A stretch of 50,314 bases of DNA from an uncultured Candidatus Saccharibacteria bacterium (GTDB lineage Bacteria > Patescibacteriota > Minisyncoccia > UBA6257 > JACRHY01): positions 1-50,314 of the forward strand of contig CAYHUJ010000002.1 of the NCBI GenBank assembly GCA_964360035.1, given 5' to 3'. The notes under the pieces are model-generated. The model was not told the origin of the DNA and did not search any database. It saw only the letters and a program-made list of their open reading frames with translations. This document shows, piece by piece, positions 12,784-22,004 of this stretch (positions are counted from its first letter, which is position 1; every line of letters begins with the position of its first letter). A program made the position numbers and the translations under genes.

Positions 12784-14574
12784 ATGAACAAGCCCGCGAT
12801 TCAGGATATTAAAGAGCGGCTGGATATTGCCGAATTTATCCGGCAGTACGTTGAAATCAAGCCGGCCGGAAAAAATTTCAAAGCGCTCTGCCCGTTTCAC
12901 TCCGAAAAAACGCCTTCTTTTATGATTTCTCCCGAACGGCAGAGCTGGCACTGCTTCGGAAGCTGTTCCGAAGGAGGGGACGTGTTCAAGTTTTTGATGA
13001 AATACGAAAATCTGGAATTTCACGAAGCGCTGAAAGTTCTGGCGGAAAAAGCGGGGGTGGAGCTGAAAAAAACGGGATACGGCGACCAGCGGGAATACGA
13101 CGTTCTTTACGAAATAAACACAGCGGCGAAAGATTTTTTCATCAACCAGCTCAAGCAATCCAAAGAGGGATTGGATTATCTGAAAGAGCGCGGCTTGAAA
13201 GAAGAAACGATTGAAAGATTCGGCTTGGGGTTCGCCGGCGCCGCCCCCGATAATTTAACGGTTTATTTAATCAAGGCCGGCTATGACATTAAAGACGTCG
13301 TCCGGGCGGGACTGGCGGTTCGTTCGGAAAGGGGGCTGAATTTTGACCGATTCCGCGGCCGGTTGATGTTTCCGCTTTTCAACCATTACGGCAAAACGGT
13401 CGGATTTACGGGCCGAATTCTGGAACGCCTGCTTCCTTCCGGAATGGAATTGGCTAAGTACGTCAACAGTCCGGAAACGCCGATTTTCAACAAATCGCGG
13501 GTTCTTTACGGATTTCACGAAACCAAGGGCGATATCAGAAAGAAAAACGAGGCCGTTTTGATTGAGGGGCAGATGGATTTTTTGATGGGCTGGCAGGAAG
13601 GCGCGCGTAATCTCGCGGCGGTGTCGGGCACGGCGCTTTCGGCCGACCATCTCAAGACGCTTCGGCGCGCCGCCGACGTTTTGACTTTCTGTTTTGACAA
13701 CGACGAGGCCGGAGCGAAAGCGCTGGAACGGGGGGCGGATCTGGCGGCCGCTCTTGATTTTCACGTTAAAGCCGTTGATCTCGGGACTTTTAAGGACCCG
13801 GCCGACGCCGTTTTAAGTTCCCCCGGATTTTTTTTAAAACAGGTTGAAAGCGCCAGGCCGGCGATGGAGAATTTATTTGAACGCCGCTTGAAATCCGGCT
13901 CCGTAAACGTCGCCCGGCTGAAAAACGACATCCGTTTTCTTCTCGGAAAAATAAAGAAAATTCAAAGCGCCGTGGAGCGAGCTTTTTGGATCAAGGAACT
14001 TTCGCGCCGGACGGCGGTTTCCGAATCCGCTTTGACGGAAGAAATGGACGGCTTGGCACCCGATTCTTTTTCGCCGCAAAACGACGGGCAAGCCGTGAGC
14101 GGAACAGCCGCCGCTGTTTCCCCGGGAGAGAGGGGGGCGGGAAAAAGCGGGGCCGTTCTCGCCGAAAACGGCCGTTGGGGGCTTGTCGCTGAACAGCTTT
14201 TAATCCTGGCGTTGGCAAAAAAGGAATTTTCCGGTATTATTAACGACAATCTTGATTATTTTCCCGAAGTTTATCGGGAAGTTTACGCCGCCGTTTCCGG
14301 CGGCAAGCCGCCCTCCGATTCCGCGAAAACGGCCGATGCCGTCAACTTTCTGCATTTGCGGGCCGGCTGGGAAGCGGAGAAAATACCCGAGGAAAAATTT
14401 CAGCGGGAGATGGACGAGCTGGCAAGACAGCTGAAGCTGGAATTTTATAAAGAACGCCGCCGCGCGCTGTCCGCGAAAATAAAGAAAGCGGAACTGTCCG
14501 CCAGCGAAGACGAACTTCCCGCTTTATTGAAAGAATTCGGCGATTTATCGGAAGAAATCATTAAATACGAATAA
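12784..14574 (+). CDS. dnaG: DNA primase
   Basis: The zinc-ribbon region is CPFHSEKTPSFMISPERQSWHCFGSCSEGGDVFKFLM. The TOPRIM region is AVLIEGQMDFL...FCFDNDEAG. Confidence 0.95.
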   Translation: MNKPAIQDIKERLDIAEFIRQYVEIKPAGKNFKALCPFHSEKTPSFMISPERQSWHCFGSCSEGGDVFKFLMKYENLEFHEALKVLAEKAGVELKKTGYGDQREYDVLYEINTAAKDFFINQLKQSKEGLDYLKERGLKEETIERFGLGFAGAAPDNLTVYLIKAGYDIKDVVRAGLAVRSERGLNFDRFRGRLMFPLFNHYGKTVGFTGRILERLLPSGMELAKYVNSPETPIFNKSRVLYGFHETKGDIRKKNEAVLIEGQMDFLMGWQEGARNLAAVSGTALSADHLKTLRRAADVLTFCFDNDEAGAKALERGADLAAALDFHVKAVDLGTFKDPADAVLSSPGFFLKQVESARPAMENLFERRLKSGSVNVARLKNDIRFLLGKIKKIQSAVERAFWIKELSRRTAVSESALTEEMDGLAPDSFSPQNDGQAVSGTAAAVSPGERGAGKSGAVLAENGRWGLVAEQLLILALAKKEFSGIINDNLDYFPEVYREVYAAVSGGKPPSDSAKTADAVNFLHLRAGWEAEKIPEEKFQREMDELARQLKLEFYKERRRALSAKIKKAELSASEDELPALLKEFGDLSEEIIKYE

Positions 14575-14604
14575 ACCTTTAATTACGAAAGGCAATAAAA
14601 AACA

Positions 14605-15882
14605 ATGGCAAAATCTTCAAAGAAAAATACGAAAAAGCCGGCCAAAAAAACGAATCCGAAAAAGCCGAAAAAAAAGAAGGCCGCGGCTAAAGCCAAAAAT
14701 CCGCGTCCGATAAAACGGAAAGCCCGAAAGAAAAAGGGCGTGATTACTGCCGTTAAGGCCAAAGCGAAGCCCGTAAAAGCGGAAAAAGAAGCGAAGATAA
14801 AATTGGATGAAGCGGTTTTAGATGAGCTTATCAAGCGCGGACGGTCGCGCGGCTTCGTGACCGATTCGGAAATTATCTATTTTTTTCCGACGATTGAAGA
14901 GGATATTTCTTTTCTAGAAGAGATTTACGACCGGCTGGAAAAGGCCGACATTAAAGTGATTGAAACGGCCCAGCTTATAGAATTGCCGAAAGAGGAAATC
15001 AGCGAGCGGGAACTGAAAGAAGCGGCGATTGTTGAAGTTGAAGACGGCAAACTGGCCGATGCCGTTCAGTCCTATCTGCGGGAAATCGGCCGGACGCCTC
15101 TTTTGAATAAAAACGAAGAAAGGGAGCTGTCTAAGAGATCGGAAACTGGCGACGAGGAAGCGCGCCGCCATCTTATTCAGGCCAATTTGCGGCTTGTCGT
15201 TTCCATCGCCAAGCGTTACGTCAACCGCACGCCGCATTTGAGCATTCTTGATTTGATTCAGGAAGGAAATATCGGCCTTTCCCGCGCGGTGGACAAGTTT
15301 GACTGGCGCCGCGGTTTCAAGTTTTCCACTTACGCCACCTGGTGGATCCGCCAGGCGATAACCCGCGCTTTGGCCGACCAATCCCGCACCATCAGAATTC
15401 CCGTCCATATGGTGGAGACGATTTCCAAATACACCCAGCTCAAAAGGCGGCTCACGCAGGAACTCGGCCGCGAACCGCTGGTTGAAGAGATCGCCAGCGA
15501 AATGCGGGTTGATCCCCAGAAAATCCGCTATATTCAGAAAATATCGCAGGAGGTTATTTCTCTGGAATCGCCGGTGGGGGATGAAAACGACGATTCAACG
15601 CTTTTGGAATTCATTCCCGACGAAAAAAGCTTAACCCCCTCCCAGCTCGCCGCCTACCGGCTTTTAAAGGACAGAATAAAAAGCATCATTGACGATTTGA
15701 CGCCGCGGGAGCAAAGAATCCTGCAAATGCGCTTCGGGCTGGAAGACGGCGTTACCCATACTCTGGAAGAAGTCGGAAACGAATTCGGGGTTACGCGGGA
15801 GCGCATCCGGCAGATAGAAGCCAAGGCGTTGGAAAAAATAAAAACCCACGAAAAAGCGGCGAAGCTGAAAGAATACCACTAG
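14605..15882 (+). CDS. rpoD: RNA polymerase primary sigma factor (sigma-70 family) with a Lys-rich N-terminal extension
   Basis: Region 2 is [55 protein letters not shown]. Region 4 is [20 protein letters not shown]. The gene follows dnaG, as in the classical MMS operon. Confidence 0.95.
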   Translation: MAKSSKKNTKKPAKKTNPKKPKKKKAAAKAKNPRPIKRKARKKKGVITAVKAKAKPVKAEKEAKIKLDEAVLDELIKRGRSRGFVTDSEIIYFFPTIEEDISFLEEIYDRLEKADIKVIETAQLIELPKEEISERELKEAAIVEVEDGKLADAVQSYLREIGRTPLLNKNEERELSKRSETGDEEARRHLIQANLRLVVSIAKRYVNRTPHLSILDLIQEGNIGLSRAVDKFDWRRGFKFSTYATWWIRQAITRALADQSRTIRIPVHMVETISKYTQLKRRLTQELGREPLVEEIASEMRVDPQKIRYIQKISQEVISLESPVGDENDDSTLLEFIPDEKSLTPSQLAAYRLLKDRIKSIIDDLTPREQRILQMRFGLEDGVTHTLEEVGNEFGVTRERIRQIEAKALEKIKTHEKAAKLKEYH

Positions 15883-15895
15883 AATCTACTTCGTA

Positions 15896-17701
15896 ATGAA
15901 TTCCAAAGAAATTCGCGAATCGTTTATCGCTTTTTTCCGCGAGCGTGGGCACGCCGTCGTTCCGTCTTCCTCGCTTTTACCGGACGATCCGTCGGTGCTT
16001 TTAACGACCGCGGGAATGCAGCAGTTCAAGCGGTATTTCACCGGCGAACTGAACGCGGCGGGCGATTTCGGCTCGCGCCGCGCCGTTTCCGTCCAGAAAT
16101 GCTTCCGAACCTCCGACATTGACGAAGTGGGCGACGAAACGCACCTGACTTTTTTTGAAATGCTCGGCAATTTTTCTTTCGGGCCGGTTGAAAGCGATGA
16201 CCCGCGGGATTTCGGCAGGGGCGGCTATTTCAAACGCGCGGCGATTTTCTGGGCTTATGAATTCACAACCGGCATTTTGGGGATTTCCCCCGAAAGATTG
16301 ACGATTTCCGTTTTTGAAGGCGACCGGGACGTTCCTTTTGACGATGATTCCTACCGGATTTGGAATGAAGAAATAGGAATTCCAAAAAACAGGATGATAT
16401 TGGGAAAGCGCGCGGATAATTTCTGGGGTCCGACGGGAGACGAGGGCCCCTGCGGGCCGACGACGGAAATTTATGTTGCTTCCACCGCCGCCGAGGCTGT
16501 GGCGGGCAAGGGCGTGGAAATCTGGAATCTCGTTTTTAACGAATATTACCGGGAAAAAGACGGCCGGTTGAGAAAGCTCCAAAATCCGGGGGTGGATACC
16601 GGAATGGGACTGGAACGTCTGACCGCCGTAATGGGAGGGGTGGGAAGCGTTTTTGAAACCGACGTTTTCGGGGATTTGCTCGCCAAAATAAACGAACTGG
16701 CGCCGACGCTTGACGACCGCGCCGCCCGCGTTTTCGCCGACCATTTGCGGGCAGCCGCTTTTCTCATCGCCGACGGCGTCCGGCCGTCCAACAAGGAGGC
16801 GGGCTATATTCTGCGCCGTCTCCTGCGCCGTCTGTTCGCTTACCGGATGAAATACGACGTTCACGCCGATCTTTTTCCCGACGCTTTCCGGATTATCAAG
16901 GAATGTTTCGGGGCGTTTTATCCGGAATTGAACGACCTTAAAACGTTGCTGGAAGTCGCCGACGAGGAACAGCGGAAATTCGGCGTCGCCGTCGGCGCCG
17001 GCTTGAAAAAGCTGAAGGATTACGAAAATATTTCCGGGAAAGACGCTTTTTATCTTTACGAGACCTTCGGATTGCCGTTTGAACTGATTAAAGAAATGGC
17101 GCCGAAAGCCGCGGCCGGACTCTTGCGACAGGATTTTGACCGCGAGTTTGAAAAGCATCAGGAAATTTCCCGCGCCGGACTGGAGAAAAAATTCGGCGGC
17201 CACGGGCTGATTTTAAACACCGGGGAGCTTAAAGCCGGAAGCGAAGAAGAGCTCAAGAAAATCGTCCGGCTTCACACCGCCACCCACCTGATGCATCAGG
17301 CATTGCGGGAAACGCTCGGAGAAGAGGTGAAACAGGCCGGCTCCGACATCAACACAGACCGCCTGCGCTTTGACTTTCTTTTCCCCCGCAAGATGACCGA
17401 CGAGGAAAAAAAGAAAGTTGAGGAAATCGTCAACCGGAAAATCGCCGAAGACCTACCGGTCGGATTCTCGGAACTTTCCAAAGAAGAAGCGGAAAAAACC
17501 GGCGCGCTTCATTTTTTCAAAGAGAAATATCCGGACAGGGTGAAAGTTTATTATATCGGTCATTCTTTAAACGATGCTTTCAGCAAGGAATTTTGCGGCG
17601 GCCCTCACGTGAATCACACGCTGGAAGTGGGAAAATTTCGGATAATCAAAGAAGAGGCCGTGGGAGCGGGAATAAGGCGGATTAAAGCAACGGCGGAATA
17701 A
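15896..17701 (+). CDS. alaS: Alanine--tRNA ligase, short form (601 aa) ending after the editing domain
   Basis: The N-terminus is EIRESFIAFFRERGHAVVPSSSLLPDDPSVLLTTAGMQQFK. The editing-site motifs HTATHLMHQAL and CGGPHV are present. The protein ends at GIRRIKATAE with no C-Ala/DHHA1-like domain. Confidence 0.95.
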   Translation: MNSKEIRESFIAFFRERGHAVVPSSSLLPDDPSVLLTTAGMQQFKRYFTGELNAAGDFGSRRAVSVQKCFRTSDIDEVGDETHLTFFEMLGNFSFGPVESDDPRDFGRGGYFKRAAIFWAYEFTTGILGISPERLTISVFEGDRDVPFDDDSYRIWNEEIGIPKNRMILGKRADNFWGPTGDEGPCGPTTEIYVASTAAEAVAGKGVEIWNLVFNEYYREKDGRLRKLQNPGVDTGMGLERLTAVMGGVGSVFETDVFGDLLAKINELAPTLDDRAARVFADHLRAAAFLIADGVRPSNKEAGYILRRLLRRLFAYRMKYDVHADLFPDAFRIIKECFGAFYPELNDLKTLLEVADEEQRKFGVAVGAGLKKLKDYENISGKDAFYLYETFGLPFELIKEMAPKAAAGLLRQDFDREFEKHQEISRAGLEKKFGGHGLILNTGELKAGSEEELKKIVRLHTATHLMHQALRETLGEEVKQAGSDINTDRLRFDFLFPRKMTDEEKKKVEEIVNRKIAEDLPVGFSELSKEEAEKTGALHFFKEKYPDRVKVYYIGHSLNDAFSKEFCGGPHVNHTLEVGKFRIIKEEAVGAGIRRIKATAE

Positions 17702-17715
17702 TTTTTTTTGAAGCT

Positions 17716-18738
17716 ATGGAAAATCGCCGATTTTCTTTGCGGAAAACAGCCGGATTTACTCCTGTTTTGGCCGCGCTGGCCGGCAACGCTTTCGTGACGG
17801 CGATCAAATTCGCGGGGTATTTTTTATCCGGCTCCAGCGCGCTTTTTTCCGAAGCGATCCACAGCTTTGCCGACACGATCAATCAGGTGCTTTTAATGGT
17901 CGGCCTCAAGCGTTCCGTCAAAAAGCCGAGCGATGAATTTGCTTACGGGCACGGGCAGGAGCGGTTTGTTTGGGCGCTTGTCTCCGCCTGCGGCATTTTT
18001 TTTCTCGGCGCGGGAGTGAACATTTATCGCGGGATTTCCGCTTTAAGCGGTCATCGCGAAGTTTTCATCGGAACGGCGATTTTCGCCATTCTCGCCGTTT
18101 CCCTGCTGGTGGAATCAATCACTCTTTTGATCGCCCTGCGGGAGTTAAAGAGGCAAAACGCCGGAAAGGGATGGGCGAATATTTTGAGAGAAGGAGATCC
18201 ATCGTCGCTGGCCGTTTTTTACGAAGACGGGGCGGCGGTATTGGGAGTTTTGACGGCTCTGGCGAGCATTATCCTGACTTCGCTGACGGGAAATTTTTAT
18301 TGGGACGCCGTCGGCTCCATTATTATCGGCCTTCTTTTGGGAATCGTGGCCGTCGTTTTAATAAATAAAAATCGCGCGTTTCTCATTGAAAAGTCGATTC
18401 CCGACGATCTGAAGAAAAAAATCATTGAATTGATGGAGGCCGACCCCGCGATTGAAAAAGTGATTGACTTCAAATCGGCCGTTCTGGACGTCGGCAGTTA
18501 TCGCGTCAAATGCGAAATTGAATTCAACGGCCCGGCGCTGATGAAGGAAATCAAAAAAAGCGGCGCGATCAAAAAAGAATACGCGTTAATCCGGAGCGAT
18601 TACGACGAATTCGTGAAATTCTGCGTAAATTACGCCGATCTCATTCCGCGGCTGATGGGAAAGCGGATTGACGAAATTGAGAAAAAAATCCAAGAAGCCG
18701 TGCCCGGCGTCAGGCATATAGACATAGAAATAAATTAA
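17716..18738 (+). CDS. Cation diffusion facilitator (CDF) family transporter
   Basis: HSFADTINQVLLMVGLKRSVKKPSDEFAYGHGQERF is the CDF TM2-loop signature. Six predicted TM segments are followed by a cytoplasmic C-terminal domain. Confidence 0.9.
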   Translation: MENRRFSLRKTAGFTPVLAALAGNAFVTAIKFAGYFLSGSSALFSEAIHSFADTINQVLLMVGLKRSVKKPSDEFAYGHGQERFVWALVSACGIFFLGAGVNIYRGISALSGHREVFIGTAIFAILAVSLLVESITLLIALRELKRQNAGKGWANILREGDPSSLAVFYEDGAAVLGVLTALASIILTSLTGNFYWDAVGSIIIGLLLGIVAVVLINKNRAFLIEKSIPDDLKKKIIELMEADPAIEKVIDFKSAVLDVGSYRVKCEIEFNGPALMKEIKKSGAIKKEYALIRSDYDEFVKFCVNYADLIPRLMGKRIDEIEKKIQEAVPGVRHIDIEIN

Positions 18739-18752
18739 CCGGCCGTTTAGAT

Positions 18753-18781
18753 TTGACGGACTATTAAAAATTTGGTATAAT
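18753..18781 (+). promoter_or_regulatory. Near-consensus extended -10 sigma70 promoter: TTGACG-17-(TGg)TATAAT
   Basis: The -35 is at 18753-18758, the TG at 18773-18774 and the -10 at 18776-18781. It sits in the 174-nt gap upstream of the 862-aa ORF. Confidence 0.55.
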
Positions 18782-18870
18782 TGCGGAAATTAGAAGAAAG
18801 TCGCGCGATTGCGATCAGCGGGGGCGCCCTTTCCAAGTTTTTATGTTTATGTTATACTGAAAATCATTAA

Positions 18871-18896
18871 GAGGGTGTAAAAAGAGGGTGTAAAAA
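18871..18896 (+). repeat. Tandem 13-mer GAGGGTGTAAAAA x2 in the 5' leader of the 862-aa gene
   Basis: There are two exact adjacent copies (18871-18883 and 18884-18896). They end 16 nt before the ATG at 18913. Confidence 0.85.
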
Positions 18897-18912
18897 TTAA
18901 TTTAAATAAACT

Positions 18913-21501
18913 ATGACGCCGGAAGAATATCAACCTACGCCGGAAGAAATAAAAGCGGCCGAGGCGATGCTCTCAAAGAAGCAGCGCATCGCTTCCGCCC
19001 AAAGAAAGTTAAAATATCAGTACGGAGGAGCGGATAAAAGCAATGATCCGGGAATTGAATCCAATAAAACCGGTACGCCAAAAATTTCCGGCACTATAGG
19101 AGAGCAATTATCGCAACAAGGAATCAATCCCGGGCAGATAAGCGCCGAATCAATAGAGGCAGCGCGAGATCGGGAGTGGCAAAGGCGAGCAGAGTGGGAA
19201 AAAACGCTCAATGAACTCGGAGCGGCTGTAGAAAAAGGCGTTGAACGACACGACGAATGGGCGAAATCAATTTCTTCTCCCGGTGTCGTTGTAAAAATCG
19301 GCAAAGAAAACGCGGAAAGCGACCCGGATCGGCTGAAAATGATCAGGGCGGAAAAAAAGAGAATGGCGGAAATTCACAAGCAAGAAACGGGGCGTTTTCC
19401 GGCTCAACAAGAAATAGAAAGGCGATTGCTGAATGCCATGGAACAGCTTGAGATGAGCAAGGGGATGAAAGGCGAGAAAAGCGCCGAGCGGACGGCTCAT
19501 TATCAAAAAGAGGTCGCGTCTTTAATGATAAAACTTAAAGAAACGGATGAGGCGCGAGAAAGACGCCGGCGGTTTCAGGAAGAAAAAGCAAAAGGAAAAA
19601 AATCAGCGGAAACACAAAAAGGTCAAGCATCATCATTAAATAATGATAACATGTCAAAAGAAGACATATACAAACAAAACGAAGCGGAGCGGATAGCGCG
19701 AGAACAGAGAGAGAGTGAAAGATTTGATAAATTCGCGGAGGCGCGTCCCGAATTCGTCAAGGAGATTGAAATTTTGCGAAAACTCGGCTATGCGCGTATC
19801 AGCGAAAAAGAGGGATCGGAAGAGGCCATGACCAAAAATCTTGAGAATGTTCGCAAGCGGAAAACCGAAGAATTGGTTTCTAAAGAAAGGGAATTGACCA
19901 AAAAATATTTGGCCGAAGAAAGAGCGAAGCTAGACCCCGTTTCCCGATTGGACCTTTTCATCAAAGAAAATCCGAAATACGCCGGGTTGATCGCTAAAAT
20001 GAGAGAAGGGATGGGAAAAAGAAAAGAAATACTCGGTATTCTCCCAAACGGCGAAGAGGCATTTTCAAAATGGCTTGAGGACATTGAAAAAATGAAGCAA
20101 TCTGCGGATCAAGGGCGGGATATTGCCGAAAAAACGGCGGAAGCGGGAACTAAGCGCGCGGAATCAACCGGCGGGACGCCCGAAGAAATCGGCCAAACGC
20201 AAAAGACCGGCGGGCGATACGTTGAAGGCGTTAAAATGGCGGGAGAAGAAGCCGAAAAAGCGACGGTCGGTTTGAATTCTGGTCTTGAAACTCAAAGCAG
20301 GGAAGGTCCTCCGCCCCCTCCTCCCGGGCGCCGCTCGGAAAGAGGAGCGGAAGAGCCGCCTTTGGATTGCTATGATTTCGGCAGTTGTTGCGAGAAGGCC
20401 TCCGATGCCGTCAAGAGATTTGCGAAGAAACTTTACGAAGGAGTCAGGATGAAAACGGTTAACCGCGCGAAAATATGGTTCAATGAAAAAATATACAATT
20501 GGCACGATAAAAAATCCCGCAAATACGTCGGCCAGGTTTCCGCTTTTGACAGGCAAATTACCGGTTTGGAAAATCAGATAAAAGAGCACGAGGAAGGCCT
20601 TTCCAGACGCTTTGCCAACGCTTCCGCCGCTTCGCGCGAACGGATCTTTTCCTCTATTCAAAAAATGCGCCGGGATGTTGAAAAACTGACGGCCGATAAA
20701 GAAAAAGCGCAGTCACGGCTGAATAACAGAGACAATGAAAAAAGACGGTACGAGAACAAACAAAAAGATAACGCCGCCGAAGCGCTCGGCCGCATCGCCG
20801 ACGGGCTTCGTCCTTACGAGTTGAAAATAGCCGCCCGAAAAAAATGCAAAGAGCAATATGACGTGGAGATAAGTTCCCATGCCGCCAGAAAGAAAGAATT
20901 TCAGGCGGAATTGGAGGCCTTGCGGCGGGAAATGGCTGGCGCTCCCAAAGAAGTAAAGAAGGCCATCAAAGAAGAAATCGCTCTTATTCAAGCCGAAATA
21001 AAACGGGCCGAGAAGAACATCAAGAACCGCGTCAAAGCACGGCAGGAAATTGAAAAACAACTGACTAAATTGGAAAGGGGAGCTTCGTATTGGCGGGATG
21101 CGCGCAATGAATTTTCCAGAATCGCCAATAGAGAGAGGGCTTATTACGCCAAAAAAGCGAAAAAGCCGATTGTGGAGGCGGACTTGGCAAGAAAAGAAAT
21201 CTCCGCCGGCGGTGGAGAAGAAGCGGCGCCTGCGGAACGGAAAGAAATCAAAAAAATTCGGCCGTTGAGCGAACGCATTAACGAGTGGAACGACCACTTC
21301 AGAACCGCTTTTCCTCTTAGTGCGGTTGATCTGCGAAGAGCCGGCGTTATTACCGGAGAAAGAGATCTTTTGACCGAGGATTTCGTTTCCATCTTGAACG
21401 ATTATTACGTTTTTTTATCGGGAGAAGGAGAGGGAATTCCCTCCGAACGCGAGCTTGACGACATGATTGCCGCCTTGAGAGGGTGGGAAATGGGACGTTA
21501 A
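18913..21501 (+). CDS. Hypothetical 862-aa highly charged (E/K/R-rich) protein, largely predicted helical, with an internal poly-Pro stretch
   Basis: This is a long uninterrupted ORF. I see no TM segment, signal peptide or recognisable catalytic motif. Notable features are GPPPPPPG followed by LDCYDFGSCCEK. Confidence 0.7.
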   Translation: MTPEEYQPTPEEIKAAEAMLSKKQRIASAQRKLKYQYGGADKSNDPGIESNKTGTPKISGTIGEQLSQQGINPGQISAESIEAARDREWQRRAEWEKTLNELGAAVEKGVERHDEWAKSISSPGVVVKIGKENAESDPDRLKMIRAEKKRMAEIHKQETGRFPAQQEIERRLLNAMEQLEMSKGMKGEKSAERTAHYQKEVASLMIKLKETDEARERRRRFQEEKAKGKKSAETQKGQASSLNNDNMSKEDIYKQNEAERIAREQRESERFDKFAEARPEFVKEIEILRKLGYARISEKEGSEEAMTKNLENVRKRKTEELVSKERELTKKYLAEERAKLDPVSRLDLFIKENPKYAGLIAKMREGMGKRKEILGILPNGEEAFSKWLEDIEKMKQSADQGRDIAEKTAEAGTKRAESTGGTPEEIGQTQKTGGRYVEGVKMAGEEAEKATVGLNSGLETQSREGPPPPPPGRRSERGAEEPPLDCYDFGSCCEKASDAVKRFAKKLYEGVRMKTVNRAKIWFNEKIYNWHDKKSRKYVGQVSAFDRQITGLENQIKEHEEGLSRRFANASAASRERIFSSIQKMRRDVEKLTADKEKAQSRLNNRDNEKRRYENKQKDNAAEALGRIADGLRPYELKIAARKKCKEQYDVEISSHAARKKEFQAELEALRREMAGAPKEVKKAIKEEIALIQAEIKRAEKNIKNRVKARQEIEKQLTKLERGASYWRDARNEFSRIANRERAYYAKKAKKPIVEADLARKEISAGGGEEAAPAERKEIKKIRPLSERINEWNDHFRTAFPLSAVDLRRAGVITGERDLLTEDFVSILNDYYVFLSGEGEGIPSERELDDMIAALRGWEMGR

Positions 21502-21524
21502 AATTAAAATAAAAAAATAAAATT

Positions 21525-21773
21525 ATGGATACCAACAATAATCAAGCTCAAACAAGCGCGTTGGCTAGGGCGAAACGGCTTGCCGCCGCCGCCAAAAAAG
21601 TGAACGACGACTTTGAGCGGAGAACCGATGAGTTGGCTAAGCAAGCCAAGCGGAACGCGGATGAGCTGGAAAAGCTGGAGGCGAATCTTCAACAAACGGA
21701 GATTGACGCCATTAATAAAATGGACGCGGAGCTTATAAGGTTTCTGTCATCGGACGAAGAAGATCAAAAATAA
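21525..21773 (+). CDS. Small (82 aa) coiled-coil hypothetical protein
   Basis: The ORF starts 23 nt after the previous stop. It shares the motif AAAKK(V/I)xDDFxR(R/K)T(D/E)xL with the next small ORF. Confidence 0.6.
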   Translation: MDTNNNQAQTSALARAKRLAAAAKKVNDDFERRTDELAKQAKRNADELEKLEANLQQTEIDAINKMDAELIRFLSSDEEDQK

Positions 21774-21778
21774 CGCCA

Positions 21779-21946
21779 ATGGACGAAAAGGAATTATCGG
21801 CGGCGGCCAAAAAAATCTTTGACGATTTTACCAGAAAAACGGAAGCGCTTCGCCGCGAGTACGAGGAAGCGATTAAAAAGATTCTGAAAGAAATTGAAGA
21901 AAGAAAAATAAGAGAGCTTAAAGAAAGATTAAGAAATTTGCCGTAA
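21779..21946 (+). CDS. Small (55 aa) coiled-coil hypothetical protein, paralog of the preceding gene (below the ORF-track cutoff)
   Basis: The stretch from ATG 21779 to TAA 21944-21946 reads MDEKELSAAAKKIFDDFTRKTEALRREYEEAIKKILKEIEERKIRELKERLRNLP. It starts 5 nt after the previous stop. Confidence 0.5.
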   Translation: MDEKELSAAAKKIFDDFTRKTEALRREYEEAIKKILKEIEERKIRELKERLRNLP

Positions 21947-21968
21947 ACCCGTCTTATTTTCTGCGGAC

Positions 21969-21997
21969 TTGCTCTGCGGATGAACGCCATTTATAAT
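21969..21997 (+). promoter_or_regulatory. Sigma70-like promoter TTGCTC-17-TATAAT, 7 nt before the GTG at 22005
   Basis: The -35 is at 21969-21974 and a perfect -10 at 21992-21997. An in-frame stop at 21999-22001 makes GTG 22005 the first possible start. Confidence 0.4.
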
Positions 21998-22004
21998 GTA
22001 AGCG

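Noticed and set aside
16001-17203. 400-aa minus-strand ORF
   Set aside because: It is antisense to alaS, whose frame carries unmistakable AlaRS motifs. The antisense product has no recognisable features. The same reasoning applies to 40519-41226 (antisense to lysS), 43663-44406 (alr), 28216-28788 (rplM/rpsI), 36785-37375 (mreB2), 30528-31157 (mreB1) and 11563-12245 (cohesin gene).
18871-18896. Possible CRISPR-like or tandem array
   Set aside because: There are only two adjacent 13-mers with no spacers. No other direct-repeat/spacer architecture and no cas genes occur anywhere in the window.
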